DNA of 62,967 nucleotides, the filler included, from Octopus bimaculoides (lineage: Eukaryota), in NCBI RefSeq assembly GCF_001194135.2. It is 8 parts of 8 records of this genome, joined end to end, with 100 filler letters (N's around TTAATTAATTAA, not from the genome) between each part and the next. Parts side by side here need not be neighbours in the genome. Positions count along the whole stretch, not along the records: positions 21,638 to 44,891 come from NC_069008.1; positions 44,992 to 52,062 come from NC_069006.1; positions 52,163 to 54,139 come from NC_068982.1; 5 more parts are not named here. The stretch is one strand, 5' to 3'. Under the pieces are notes generated by a model, which worked only from the letters and a program-made list of their open reading frames with translations, searched no databases and was not told the DNA's origin. Position 1 is the first letter of the stretch. Every line of letters begins with the position of its first letter. The translations under genes were made by a program, and so were the position numbers. Of the stretch, positions 37,609 through 52,830 are shown piece after piece.

Positions 37609-37882
37609 CTTTAACATTTTCAAAAGTCATTTTTCTCTTAAAAACCAACATTTTAACATCTTTTTCAAAACAAATCACAAGTGAGCCCTGTTCTCCTGTC
37701 CGTAAGCCATAAACCCTTGACTCTAATCGTACTCATCATGGTTCTTTCTTCGAGGTACCATTTTCTGGCCACATTCTCTGTTTCTCACCGTTTTAGCATC
37801 CTCTTACAACATACACAAGGATTTGGTAGTCTATTTGCATCCAGTTTTATTTATAAAATCCTTGTCCTATGCAACCATGAAT

Positions 37883-37888
37883 AATAAA
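37883..37888 (+). terminator. Putative polyadenylation signal, ZNF copy 2
   Basis: AATAAA in a context homologous to 32618. Confidence 0.55.
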
Positions 37889-38560
37889 ATATCTCATATA
37901 ACCATCAATATATTCACACAGGACATCAGATGTAACAGTGTATGAGAGCAACGACCCACCTTTATATTTTATATATATCCAATTCTCAATAAAACCTTCG
38001 TTTCAGGATATTCAGCACTAGTTTGTGAGTTTTAGAAGTTTTGCTTTCTAACCACTTCGTTTCTGGTTCAATCCCACTGCATGAAACTTTGCACAAGGGT
38101 CTACAACTATAGCCACCAGTCTTACCAAAACCTTGTGGATTGATTTAGTAGATGGAAACTGTGTGGAAGCCCTTTGTGTATATATATACATATATATGTG
38201 TGTGTGTGTGTGCATAAGTGTTTATTTTGTATTGTGTAAGTGTTGTAAATGAATTACATTCATTTCTAATATTCTCCAAAACCGTACGTGGATATTGGGA
38301 AATATCACTTTCCTTGGAAAGAGGTAAGTGTTGGGAATTGGAAAGGCATCCAGCTGTAGAAGATGTGTCCTAATGGCTTCCATGAGACATGAAAGCTTAC
38401 AAATGTGGCTGTTGACTAGGCGTGTTTTACTCATTATTTTAATCTGANNNNNNNNNNNNNNNNNNNNNNNNNNNNNNNNNNNNNNNNNNNNNNNNNNNNN
38501 NNNNNNNNNNNNNNNNNNNNNNNNNNNNNNNNNNNNNNNNNNNNNNNGAAAATGATAAAG

Positions 38561-39673
<1,113 letters not shown>

Positions 39674-40104
39674 NNNNNNNNNNNNNNNNNNNNNNNNNNN
39701 NNNNNNNNNNNNNNNNNNNNNNNNNNNNNNNNNNNNNNNNNNNNNNNNNNNNNNNNNNNNNNNNNNNNNNNNNCTGGTTCAATCCCACTGCATGACACTT
39801 TGCACAAGGGTCTTCAACTATAGTAGATGGAAACTGTGTGGAAGCCCTTTGTGTATATATATGTGTGTGTGTTCCCTTTAAAGTGAGGAAGGATAATTGC
39901 ATCACATGGTTGAAATATTGCTGTTTGATGGTTGCACAACAAAGAACAATGTTTCCCCCCACACATCCTACATTCAGACCCCTCTTCCCCACATGTGACT
40001 GTGTACTCCATGGACCCTCTTTCCCCATGACCTCTCCTCCTAATACCCACTTTCATCTACCCACTCACTACAATCTTCCCCTATCATCTGAACTCACTAA
40101 GGCT

Positions 40105-40612
40105 GTGAGCTGGCAGAGTGGTTAGCACGCTGGGCAAAATCCTTACCGGTATTTCGTCTGCCTCTACGTTCTGAGTTCAAATTCCGCCGAGGTCAACTTT
40201 GCCATTCATCATTTCGAGGTCGATGAAATAAGTACCAGTTATGCACTGGGGTCGATGTAATTGACTTAATCCGTTTGTCCCCTCTGTGTGTAGCCCCTTG
40301 TGGGCAGTAAAGAAATAAGAAATGTTAGCATGTCGGGTGAAATGCTTAGGGTTATTTTGTCTGTCTTTACGTTCTGAGTTCAAATTCCGCCGAGATCAAC
40401 TTTGCCTTTCATACTTTCACAGTTGATAAATTAGTTACCATGTGCATTCTGAGGTCGATCTAATCGACTGGCCTCCTTCCCCCAAAATTTTGGGCCTTGT
40501 GCCTGGAGTAGAAAAGGATAAATTAGGTACCAGTTACATACTGGAGGGGGGTCAATCTAATTAACTGCCCCTCCCCTCCAAAAATTCCAGGCTTTGTACT
40601 TAGAGTAGAAAA
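40105..40612 (+). mobile_element. Cluster of three partial SINE B copies
   Basis: Repeated gttctgagttcaaattccgccgag cores and agtaccagtt motifs. Confidence 0.8.
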
Positions 40613-40741
40613 GAATCTCCTGAACTCACTCCCGGACCCTCTTCAATCCTGTTGAACCCCTTAGCTCGTGTCAGCCGGCAAGTGGACCTTAAATGATGGT
40701 ATTTATGAATATGTGCTTGTGTATGTATGTATGCGTATGTA

Positions 40742-40837
40742 GCTGTAGAAGCAATGTATAGCGGTGCTGTCAGACGGTTGAGAATCAGAGATGAACTTAG
40801 GGTGCAAGTAGGGGTTCACTAGGGCTCAGTTCTCTCT
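40742..40837 (+). mobile_element. RTE reverse transcriptase motif fragment
   Basis: VQVGVH*GSVLS, a decayed GVHQGSVLSP motif. Confidence 0.6.
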
Positions 40838-41520
40838 AAAACTAAAGCTGTCAAAATTACTTCTAAAAACCCTTGAAACTATCTTATATGACCACACATG
40901 TATACACAGAGGACAGATGATGTAACAGTATATAAGAGCTATTACCCAACTCAATATTTTATTTATATCCTATCTGCAACCTCTATAGTGACAAAGGCAG
41001 AACATGTCCCTAACTCTTCACCTTGTTCTAAAAACTTGTTTGGTATCGATGGCCCCAAATAGGGACCCTTTCAGATATTAAGCTGATAATTCATTCTGCA
41101 TTGATTTTATCCAAAGGGCTGAAATGAAAATAACTTGGCACTGTGTTATCTCTATATATAAAATTCTTTGTCTGTCTGTTCCCTATGCATTCTCAAATGG
41201 CTCAACCAAATCAAATCAAATTTTACCCTGCATGTGTCAACATGGAATTTTTCTTTCATTTGCATTAAAACAATATAACATTTTATAGAGATAATCTTTC
41301 TATTGTCAACTGTAGTAAAGGACAATGTCGACAACAATGACATCACATGTTGTATGTCTGTGTGTGTCTGTCTTACTATATGTATGAGTGTCGTCACATT
41401 TTTTATATGAATGTGTATGTCTCTGAGAGAGAGCGTGTGTGTGTGTTTGTTAGGTAGGTTATTAAACACATCTACAAATGAAGTGAAAAACTGCATGTAT
41501 TTGTGATACAAACACACATA

Positions 41521-41942
41521 TGTAGGGAAGTGGTTATACACCATTAGGTGTACACCGCTTCCGTACATTAAATTTCTAGAAGAAACAACGGAACGCAGAT
41601 TCTGAACAACATAACAATATTTATTTACAGTGGAATTCAGTTCACGCTTGGAGGGAATTCGGTAGCTCGTTGCCCTCGGTTACTGAGACGCCTCCTGAAT
41701 GATTTCCGTGGTTATTTGTGAAGCTCTGGTGCTGGCATGTGAGAGAGCTCTGTTGGACGTCTTGGCTCGACGGAGATCAGTCAACGAAGAGACTGAGAAA
41801 AGGCGCCAAAGCTGGGTGTCGAACTCTACGCATGCGCATGAGACTCTTTCTGTATTCCTTCTGGAACTAGTCCCTGCGCATGCGTGGATAAAACTCCGGA
41901 CATTGAACATATAACAGTCGTCTGCTATAAGTTGTCACTACA
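41521..41942. mobile_element. Solo LTR, 422 bp
   Basis: TGTAG...CTACA termini with 4-bp duplication CATA (41517-41520, 41943-41946); AATAAA on the minus strand. Confidence 0.85.
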
Positions 41943-42195
41943 CATATACATATGTGATGACTGACAAAAACAATGAGGTGAAAAGCTATGCATGTCTATG
42001 TGTGTCTGTCTTACTATATGTATGTGACAGTATATGCATATGTGTGCCAGTGTATGTGTCTGTGAGTGTGTGTGTGTTTCCATGTTAGGTACATTATTAA
42101 ACACACATATCTACACATACATATGCGACAACTGAAATGTGTGAATGTATGTTTGTGATAATGTACGTTTATGATAATTTCTATTTTCATTTGGA

Positions 42196-42684
42196 TTGAA
42201 ACACATATCTGTTCAATACACTGTTAAATTTCTGAACACACTTAAACCTACTGGGATGCCACCACATACCTTCACACTAAAGCTGGGTGCTTCTGTTATG
42301 TTGCTTAGGAATCTTGACCCACCTTGCCTGTGTAATGGAACATGCTTAATTATTATTTCCATGAAGTCCCATGTCCTAGAGGCCACAATCATAACAGGTA
42401 ATCACAAAGGAGAAAATTTCTTTATTCCAAAAATTCCTACAGATGTTCCATTTGAATTCAAGATGCTTCAGTTTCCAGTCAAACTAAGTTTTGCTATTTC
42501 AATCAAGAAATCTCAAAGTCAATCCCTCAAGGTCGTTGGACTTGATCTCTCTACAACATGCGTCTCCCACGGCCAACTCCATGTTGGTTGCTCACGAGCT
42601 GGAAGCAGCAACAATTTATTCATTTCAGCACCAACAAAAGATTACACAATAAATATTGTTTACCCTGGAGTACTTCAACATTGA
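42196..42684 (+). pseudogene. Helitron PIF1-like helicase C-terminal fragment
   Basis: GMPPH, MLLRNLDPP.LCNGT, QFPVKLSFAISIKKSQSQSL, HGQLHVGCSR; several canonical motif residues altered. Confidence 0.9.
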
Positions 42685-42724
42685 CAGATTTTCAGTTTGA
42701 AATTCTATTACCATTACAATTTGA

Positions 42725-43135
42725 ATCATCATCATCATCATCGTTTAACGTCCGCATTCCCTGCTAGCATGGGTTGGACAATTTGACTGAGGACTGGTGA
42801 AACCAGATGGCAACACCAGGCTCCAATCTAATTTGGCAGAGTTTCTACAGCTGGATGCCCTTCCTAACGCCAACCACTCAGAGAATGTAGTGGGTGCTTT
42901 TACGTGTCACCCGCACGAGGGCGATGCTGGCAACGACCACGCTCAAAATGGTGTATTTTATGTGCCACCTGCACAGGAGCCAGTCCAGGGGCACTGGCAA
43001 CGATCTTGCTCGAAAATCCTACGGATGCCAGTCAGGCGGTACTGGTTTCTACAGCTGAATGTCCTTCCTAATGCCAACCACTCCAATAGTGTAGTGGGTT
43101 CTTTTTTACGTGCCACCATCATCAACCACAACTAC
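42725..43135 (-). mobile_element. RTE 3'-tail-derived repeat
   Basis: Reverse complement of 28160-28220 plus (TGA)n tail; related copies at 38320-38400 and 58516-58690. Confidence 0.8.
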
Positions 43136-43182
43136 AATCTCACTGAGCTTGACTGGTCTTCTCAAGCACTGAAATGTTGGTC

Positions 43183-43689
43183 GGATCTATTTCAAAACGG
43201 GGGCGCCAGTATTTTCTTAACGAAACACTAACGAAACACTTTGAAACTTGGGACACTGGTAGAATGTGTCATATAAAACATCTTTTACTCTTAGTCTTCT
43301 TAACAAAAAAAAACGTACATCGCAAGTTATTTCATGTTAAAGTTGTCGTATTTCTGTAATTTCAACCAATCACTGACGTCTATTCAGCTGAATAAGAGTT
43401 ACTGCTGGGCGGTCATAAAAATGTTATTCCCTATGACATATTTCNNNNNNNNNNTTAATACGATATACACCGTTACAGCGCTAACTGTTTTCAACTGAAT
43501 AGACGTCAGTGATTAGTAGAAATTATCGAAATAAGACAATTTTTTACATGAAATAAATTCGAATACAAAAATATTTTTCTGTTCTATAACACAAAATAGA
43601 TAAGTATACGAAGTTTGAAAGTGTTTCGGTACCAAAAACACTACATAAAACATAAATGAAAACTGGTGCCCCCGTTTTAAAATAGATCC
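43183..43689. mobile_element. MITE with about 28-bp terminal inverted repeats
   Basis: ggatctatttcaaaacgggggcgccagt / actggtgcccccgttttaaaatagatcc; internal inverted repeat; TSD not evident. Confidence 0.85.
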
Positions 43690-44573
43690 TAGTTAAGTCC
43701 TGCCTACGAAGTGCTCGTTTCAAGATAGATTGTTCAATTCTTCGAGCTTATATATACGCGCGCACAAACAAACAAAAAGAAATCAGCTGTTGATCTGTTA
43801 TTTTCGAAAACACAATCCATTGTTGTATATGAAACGACTGAATGACATAAAAGCAGGATAAATTATTTCCTGTACCTGGGTATCTTCATCTTTGCAGTCC
43901 TAAAGTAAAATTGATCGATTAATATAGTGGTACAAATACAGCAGCAAATTATATAGGAGTAAGTATGGTACATGGTGCTAAAACTATTTCGGCCCTTACT
44001 CGACCACTTCTCTTTCGAAGATCGAATCCTGGAGCTGGCATATTACTGTGCCAGAACCTGCAAATCGACATGTAGAAAAACGAACGACAATGAAAATACA
44101 TGAATCTTTTAATGTTTTGACAGAGAGGCAATCTTTCGTTTTGACTTGAAGGCCTGTACGCAAAGCTCAGCTGTTACCATAAGGCATCCGGTAAATTTCG
44201 TAAGAAATTTTTATTTATTTTTGTGGGTGGAGATGTACATTTTCTTTGAAGTCAGCATAAAATAAAAGAGAGAAGAAATGGACATGGAGTGGGGTGCAAG
44301 ATAGATAGTGTGTGAGAGAGAGGAGGAGAGTGACAGCGTCCATTTTTATATTAATTTTTCTTGCATCTTTTTTCAGTGTGTGAATGATTGACTGAGAGAA
44401 GAGAGAGAGAGAGGTGTAAAAAAATTTACGCTCTCACTCTCTCCTCCTCTCTCTCTCTCTCTCACACATCCTCACAGAGCAAAGCACACCATCTCTCTCT
44501 CTCTCTCACACACACACACAGAGCAAGACACACCTCTCTCTCTCTCACACACACACACAACACACACTTTCTG

Positions 44574-44891
44574 TCACGCACCCATCAGCACAGCACATTT
44601 CCAAAGGTCTCGGTCAGTAGTCATCGCCTCGGTGAGGCCCAATGTTCGAAGGTCTTGCCTCACTACCTCAGCCCAGGTCTTCCTGGGCCTACCTCTTCCA
44701 CGGGTTCCCTCAACTGTTAGGGAGTGGCACTTTTTCACGCAGCTATCCTCATTCATTCTCACCACATGTCCAAACCAGCGCAATCGTCTCTCTTGCACAC
44801 CACTACTGATGCTTCTAATGTTCAGCTTTTCTCTCAAGATACTTACACTCTGATGGGTATGCACATTTACATTACACATCCAGCGGAGCAT
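44574..44891 (-). mobile_element. RTE LINE ORF C-terminal fragment
   Basis: RRLRWFGHVVRM...EGTRGRGRPRKTW; same family as 27594. Confidence 0.9.
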
Positions 44892-44994
44892 NNNNNNNNN
44901 NNNNNNNNNNNNNNNNNNNNNNNNNNNNNNNNNNNTTAATTAATTAANNNNNNNNNNNNNNNNNNNNNNNNNNNNNNNNNNNNNNNNNNNNTAT

Positions 44995-45300
44995 ATATAG
45001 GTGCATGCGTTGCTGTGTGGTAAGAAACTATAGGTGCAGGCATGGCTTTGTGGTAAGAAGCTTGCTTCCCAACGACATGGTAGCGGGTTCAGTCCCACTG
45101 TGTGGCACCTTGGGCAAGTATCTTCTACTATAGCCTCGAGCCGACCAAAACCTTGTGAGTGGATTTGGTAGATGGAAACTGAAAGAAGCCCGTCCTGTAT
45201 GTGTGTGTGTATTTGTGTGTCCGTGTTTGCCACCTCCCCCACCACCACCACCAACGCTTGACAACCAGCGTTGGTGTGTTTACGGCCCCGATAGAATAAG
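44995..45300 (+). mobile_element. SINE family C
   Basis: Head, ggcaccttgggcaagt core, internal TG tract. Confidence 0.8.
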
Positions 45301-45383
45301 TGTGGTGTGTCTGATAGCTATAAATAGCTATAAATAATAGCATGAAATATTCGGTTTAAAAATCCTTTGAAATAATAATAATA

Positions 45384-45433
<50 letters not shown>

Positions 45434-46989
45434 CTTTTCTACGCTAGGCAGGGAGAGGGCTAGTCGATTAGATCGGCCCCAGTACGCAACGGGTACTTAA
45501 TTTATCGATCCCGAAAAGATGAAAGGCAAATGCGTTCTCGGCGGAATTTGAACCCAGAACGTAGCATTTCGTCCAGCATGCTAACAATTTTACCAACTAA
45601 TAATAAGTCCTGGGGCTGATTCATTCGACTAAATATTGTTCAAAGCAGTGCCCCAGCATGGCCGCAGTCTAACGACTGAAACAAGTGAAGGATAAAAGAT
45701 AAAAAAACAAACATATGCATATGTGGGTATTATCTGTACTACCACCGCCGCCTCTGCCACCATCTCCACCACCATCATCACCACCACCGTCACCACCATC
45801 ACCATCACCATCACCACCACGTCACCATCATCACTACCACCTCTACAGTAGTTTTAGACTGGGCGCTATTGATAGAACTATTTGTTTATTGCGCATATTT
45901 TATTCAGAATTATGGAAAAATATGTAACCTCTTTCATACGAAACACTATCATAAAACAAAACTTTCTCTCTGCTTTTGTTTGAAGTCTATATTTATAATA
46001 CTGGGGACTTTATTTTATTCTATTCTGGTGTCACCATGTGATTAGAAGCTTGTTTCCCAACCACATGGTTCTGGATTCAGTCCCACTGCGTGGCACCTTG
46101 AGCAACGGTCTTCTACTATAGCCTCAATCCAATCAAAGCCTTTTGAGTAGATTCGGTAGACGGAAACTGAAAGAAGCCCATTATATATACTAGTATATTT
46201 ATACTAAAGTGACAGGGGTAGAAAGTGGTACCAGTGTTGCTATACCCACAGCCCCAGCAAACGTGAATTTATTTATTTTGGAAGGTTGAATCTCGAAGCA
46301 GTGTCAGGTCAGGGATTTCATCACAGACTGGTGAGACTTGTTACTGGTATCATTAGACCAGTACTACTTGTTCTATGGTTGCGTGGTCGGCAACTAAACC
46401 GACTCCTCCACTTAAATAGCTTGCTGTTTTGTGAGCGGAGAGTGTTTGGATACCCAGCAGGACTAAGAATATAAGTTCTGCTGAAAGAGGGATGAGCTTT
46501 TTGCAGTCCAAAGACCATCCAGTTGGGGAAGTAGTATGACAAACCACCCCCAATATCTCTGCCAAGAAAACACTATAAGAAAATCAGAACGAAGTTACGA
46601 TAGGAGAACTCGTACTTAATCAGGAAAACTGTCATCGTAGTGCAACCAACACACTGCAAAAAGTGTACGATACATGACGAAGAATCTCGAAGCAAATAAA
46701 GGCTATAAGAAATAGCGTCCAAATATTGAATTTAAAAGCCCTTTGAATAGAAAGGGTCAAAGACTGCCCGTGGGACATGATCCCACAGTTCCTGCAAACG
46801 TAACGGGCATTCTTCTATTGAATCAAAGCAATCCTTCGAATTTTTCTATTCAGTTAAGTAACTTTACTTTTACCAGTCGATAAAATAAGTACCAGTTGAG
46901 TAATGGGGTGGATGTAACCAACTAGTCCGTTTCCCCCAAAATTGCTACCCTTGTGGCAAGATTTGAAGCCATCATCATCATCATCATCA

Positions 46990-47044
<55 letters not shown>

Positions 47045-47879
47045 TATTATTATTGTCATTATTATTTTTTTATTATTGATTAATTTCTTTTTATGATTGT
47101 TAACGTATGAGAAATATTGATTCTAGTTTTGGTACTTTCCATTCATTTTGACAAGGTTCACTTTTCCACTTCTTGCTCTTTGTAGAGGACGTATTGTTCG
47201 CAGGAGAATATAATTAAAAAAAAAAAAGAACAATAACGAATGAAATAGACAAAATAAATGAATAAAAATGTTTCGTTTCAGCAAGTTTAATTGAAATCAT
47301 TCAATTTCTATGAATCATCCTAGAAAATACTGGTTATAAAACATTGACGTATGTACGATGACAAAACTTGAGTTGGTGTCGCGGCAGTCTAGTCTTTTGA
47401 CGGCAAAGAATTGAAACTAATAGGGTAGAGAATGGCGGTGGTGTACGTGAATAGTAGTGAGAAGTAGACAGAGACAGAGACAGAGAGAGATGGGGTGAGA
47501 CNNNNNNNNNNNNNNNNNNNNNNNNNNNNNNNNNNNNNNNNNNNNNNNNNNNNNNNNNNNNNNNNNNNNNNNNNNNNNNNNNNNNNNNNNNNNNNNNNNN
47601 NNNNNNNNNNNNNNNNNNNNNNNNNNNNNNNNNNNNNNNNNNNNNNNNNNNNNNNNNNNNNNNNNNNNNNNNNNNNNNNNNNNNNNNNNNNNNNNNNNNN
47701 NNNNNNNNNNNNNNNNNNNNNNNNNNNNNNNNNNNNNNNNNNNNNNNNNNNNNNNNNNNNNNNNNNNNNNNNNNNNNNNNNNNNNNNNNNNNNNNNNNNN
47801 NNNNNNNNNNNNNNNNNNNNNNNNNNNNNNNNNNNNNNNNNNNNNNNNNNNNNNNNNNNNNNNNNNNNNNNNNNNNNNN

Positions 47880-47920
<41 letters not shown>

Positions 47921-48397
47921 TTTTTTTAAATGTACATATATTTATATATATATACACATATACAGAAATATATATATATATACATATATATATATACATA
48001 TACACATATATATACATATATATATGTATGTAAGTATACACTCACACATATGTGAGTTTATGTAAGCATGTACAAGCATGTACATGTACTGTTGTGTATA
48101 GATTTGTGACCGTATAGCTATATCCTTTCCTCATTTAAATTATTGTATTCCTACACTCCAACTGCCTATTATGAGGACCCTACCTTTCAATGGTTGTAAT
48201 CTATAAAGCTATTCTCACAGCAACCGATTGCAACTTGAGACACTACGCACCAATAATAACGAATAGCTTTAAAGAAAGATACATGCAACACATGCATTCC
48301 TTTAGTTGCAAGAGCAGGGAAATCTCCACTTCCTTGTCCCGCTTTATCTTGAAACTCTTAGAGCTAATAAATGACTTTTTCAACTTTACATATTTGT

Positions 48398-48463
<66 letters not shown>

Positions 48464-49467
48464 ACACACACATATATAGAGAGAGAGAAAGAGAGAAAAG
48501 AAAGAGAAAGAAAGGGAGAGAAAGAGGGACTGACAGACAGACAGATAATATATATATATATATATAAGTATATATACACTTATATGTACATATATACAAA
48601 TACATGCGCGCACGCGCGCACACATCAATGCAAATGTGTGTGTGTGTGTGTGTGTATTTATACATATACGTATATAGGTCAGGCGATTTCAAGTTGCGGA
48701 AGTCTTCGTTGCTTAAAATCTTCGCATAAAACAGAAATTTCATAACACGAAATCTATTTTTACGTCGTAAATTAGGATGCATTCTACATTCTAACGGAAT
48801 TTTTCCGTATATATATATATATAATAACAACAAAACTAGTAATACCAGCCATTGAAAACAACGTAACTACGTGAAAATGTCTATTCTTTTAAAGCACACA
48901 ATTCGAGATGTGTACATAAAAACATTTGAAACGAAATTCAAAAGAGAATAAATAAGAACGCAGTGCTATCGTTACGGTGTACGCACTCCAGACAAAAAGA
49001 GTTGATTGTTGTTTAATAGGAGGAGTTACTTGCGGGAAAAGGGGACACAATGTTTTATTTAAGATCATCATCATCAGTAACAACCACAGCCGTAGCAACA
49101 TCTGCTTCACTTGGGAAAAACTCATGTGAAGTTGTTTAACGTTTCTAACTTCCTCCATCTATATGTGGATATGAAACGGTTTGGCCTCAGCCGTTTCGGC
49201 ACGTCTGTTTTGGCACATCCGTTTTGGCGTCGCTGATTAAATGCTAAATCATTTGACATCAGACGTTTTCATGTTTTATATATTTATTAAAATGGAATGG
49301 ATATATACCTAGTCTGAAATTCTATAAGAATGTTTGCCCACAAACTTTACTATCTATAAGTTAAACAAATCGCTTTGCGATGTTGCAGTTAATTCCCTCA
49401 GTCTTCAGCCCGAGTAATGCCGGATAGTTCACCTAGAGTCTCTCGCTGGGTATTTCAGCGCAACTCT

Positions 49468-49500
<33 letters not shown>

Positions 49501-49866
49501 CGTATCTCTCTTTCGCGCTAGTTTTCGCTCTCTCCATATATATATATATATATATATATATANNNNNNNNNNNNNNNNNNNNNNNNNNNNNNNNNNNNNN
49601 NNNNNNNNNNNNNNNNNNNNNNNNNNNNNNNNNNNNNNNNNNNNNNNNNNNNNNNNNNNNNNNNNNNNNNNNNNNNNNNNNNNNNNNNNNNNNNNNNNNN
49701 NNNNNNNNNNNNNNNNNNNNNNNNNNNNNNNNNNNNNNNNNNNNNNNNNNNNNNNNNNNNNNNNNNNNNNNNNNNNNNNNNNNNNNNNTATATATATATA
49801 TATACAAATATATATATACACACACACACACACATATATATACACACACACATTCATATATGAGTC

Positions 49867-49899
<33 letters not shown>

Positions 49900-50548
49900 A
49901 TGTATATATATGTATGTGTCTGTAAATATATATATATATATACATACACACACACATACACATATATATATACACACATACATAATACTTACAAACGTAT
50001 ATATATATATACATATATTATATATACACATATACATGCATACATAAACAGACACACATACACACACATACATACACGCATACACACACATGCACACACA
50101 CTCACACACGCACATGTACACGTGCACACACACACGCACAAATGACGCATACATCACAGAAACAACACACACATACACAAAATCGCACACGATCACACAC
50201 CATCACATGATCACACACACGTACAAACAACGCATACATCACAGGCACAATACATACACACACAGAACAGCAGATAGCTGGCGATGCATGGCATGACGCA
50301 AGTATAGTAATTATTCGATGAAAACTAAAAGGTTTTTTTTTCATTGAAATTCTGTGAAGATTTTACCGATTCCATCACAAACCTCCTGTTGATTTTCTTT
50401 AGTTCTTTGCTTGAGAAACACAATGTCAGACAATTGGAAATGAAAATGTTTCAGTAACACATTTAAACATCTTCCACTAACACTATCAATGAAATGCTAT
50501 CTGCGTTTCTTTTCTTTCCTTCTTTCTTTCTTTATTTCTTTCTTTCCT

Positions 50549-50584
<36 letters not shown>

Positions 50585-50649
50585 TTTTGTTTTGTTTCTC
50601 TGCTCTGGTTTTTTTTTTTTAAATTTTTAATTTTACGCAGGAAAATAAT

Positions 50650-50704
50650 TATGATGATGATGATGATGATGGGGGTGACGATGATGATGATGATGATGAT
50701 GATG

Positions 50705-50753
<49 letters not shown>

Positions 50754-50828
50754 CGATGTTAATACTAGTAACAATAATAGTTAATATTATCAACATGATC
50801 ATTATTACTGTTATTATTATTATTATTA

Positions 50829-50885
<57 letters not shown>

Positions 50886-50905
50886 AATATTATTATTATT
50901 ATTTA

Positions 50906-50937
<32 letters not shown>
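50650..50937. repeat. (GAT)n/(ATT)n microsatellites
   Basis: Direct tandem trinucleotide units. Confidence 0.95.
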
Positions 50938-51765
50938 NNNNNNNNNNNNNNNNNNNNNNNNNNNNNNNNNNNNNNNNNNNNNNNNNNNNNNNNNNNNNNN
51001 NNNNNNNNNNNNNNNNNNNNNNNNNNNNNNNNNNNNNNNNNNNNNNNNNNNNNNNNNNNNNNNNNNNNNNNNNNNNNNNNNNNNNNNNNNNNNNNNNNNN
51101 NNNNNNNNNNNNNNNNNNNNNNNNNNNNNNNNNNNNNNNNNNNNNNNNNNNNNNNNNNNNNNNNNNNNNNNNNNNNNNNNNNNNNNNNNNNNNNNNNNNN
51201 NNNNNNNNNNNNNNNNNNNNNNNNNNNNNNNNNNNNNNNNNNNNNNNNNNNNNNNNNNNNNNNNNNNNNNNNNNNNNNNNNNNNNNNNNNNNNNNNNNNN
51301 NNNNNNNNNNNNNNNNNNNNNNNNNNNNNNNNNNNNNNNNNNNNNNNNNNNNNNNNNNNNNNNNNNNNNNNNNNNNNNNNNNNNNNNNNNNNNNNNNNNN
51401 NNNNNNNNNNNNNNNNNNNNNNNNNNNNNNNNNNNNNNNNNNNNNNNNNNNNNNNNNNNNNNNNNNNNNNNNNNNNNNNNNNNNNNNNNNNNNNNNNNNN
51501 NNNNNNNNNNNNNNNNNNNNNNNNNNNNNNNNNNNNNNNNNNNNNNNNNNNNNNNNNNNNNNNNNNNNNNNNNNNNNNNNNNNNNNNNNNNNNNNNNNNN
51601 NNNNNNNNNNNNNNNNNNNNNNNNNNNNNNNNNNNNNNNNNNNNNNNNNNNNNNNNNNNNNNNNNNNNNNNNNNNNNNNNNNNNNNNNNNNNNNNNNNNN
51701 NNNNNNNNNNNNNNNNNNNNNNNNNNNNNNNNNNNNNNNNNNNNNNNNNNNNNNNNNNNNNNNNN

Positions 51766-51813
<48 letters not shown>

Positions 51814-51877
51814 TCGTCTTCTTCTTCTCTCTTCTTCTCTTTTCTTTCCCTTGTTTTTATTTTTTCTGTACTTCCCA

Positions 51878-52035
51878 TCCATTATCGTCTGTTGAGACTG
51901 ATACTTCGATCTTCGATTGGGTGACACTTCCTTTCCTGATGGTCCTTGACAACAATTTCTGGTCGATTAGCCTTCATTTCACTGTGTGTTTCAATTGGCA
52001 CATCTCTGACTGTGATCATTTTGTCATTATCGTAT
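51878..52035 (-). mobile_element. Small degenerate R4/Dong-like endonuclease fragment
   Basis: DVPIETHSEMKANRPEIVVKDHQERKC aligns with DMPIHTDREIKANRPDIVV at 60320-60380. Confidence 0.7.
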
Positions 52036-52162
52036 TATTATTTAATTTTTTTTTTGTGCAACNNNNNNNNNNNNNNNNNNNNNNNNNNNNNNNNNNNNNN
52101 NNNNNNTTAATTAATTAANNNNNNNNNNNNNNNNNNNNNNNNNNNNNNNNNNNNNNNNNNNN

Positions 52163-52180
52163 AGTAGTAGTAGTAGTAGT

Positions 52181-52221
<41 letters not shown>

Positions 52222-52229
52222 TAGTAGTA

Positions 52230-52269
<40 letters not shown>

Positions 52270-52400
52270 CGGTAGTAGAAGTAGTAGTAGAAGTAGTAGT
52301 AGTAGTAGCAGTAGTAGAAGTAGTAGTAGAAGTAGTAGTAATAGTAGCAGTAGTAGCAGTAGTAGTAGTAGTAATAGTAGTAGCAGTAGTAGAAGTAGTA

Positions 52401-52456
<56 letters not shown>

Positions 52457-52830
52457 TGTTGTTGAGACGAATTTTTAAAACAATTACTTTAAAAAAAGTT
52501 CCTCATTACCATAATTACCGTCATAATTCTCATTTATCTCTTTCCTCTTCTGTCTCTTCTCCCTCCTCCTCCTCATCATCATCAACGTCATCAAGAACTT
52601 TACCATTTTACCTCCATCGTCATCCTGATGACGATCGTCATCGTCATCATCATCATCGTCATCATCATCATCATCATCATCATCGTCATCATCATCGTCA
52701 TCATCATCATCCTCATCATCATCATCGTCACATCATCATCATCATCATCATCATCATCGTCATCATCATTATCGTCGTCATCATCATCGTCATCATCATC
52801 ATCATCATCATCATCATCGTCATCATCATC
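52163..52830. repeat. (AGT)n and (CAT)n microsatellites
   Basis: Direct tandem trinucleotide units. Confidence 0.95.

Larger units (their letters stand above)
41149..42720 (+). mobile_element. Non-autonomous Helitron remnant
   Basis: A|TCTCTATATATAAAA 5' terminus; internal direct repeat (about 41345-41520 and 41985-42170); helicase tail; 3' CTAG end not seen. Confidence 0.75.

Noticed and set aside
46321-46565. Two overlapping minus-strand ORFs in complex sequence
   Set aside because: No recognisable motif or convincing exon boundaries.
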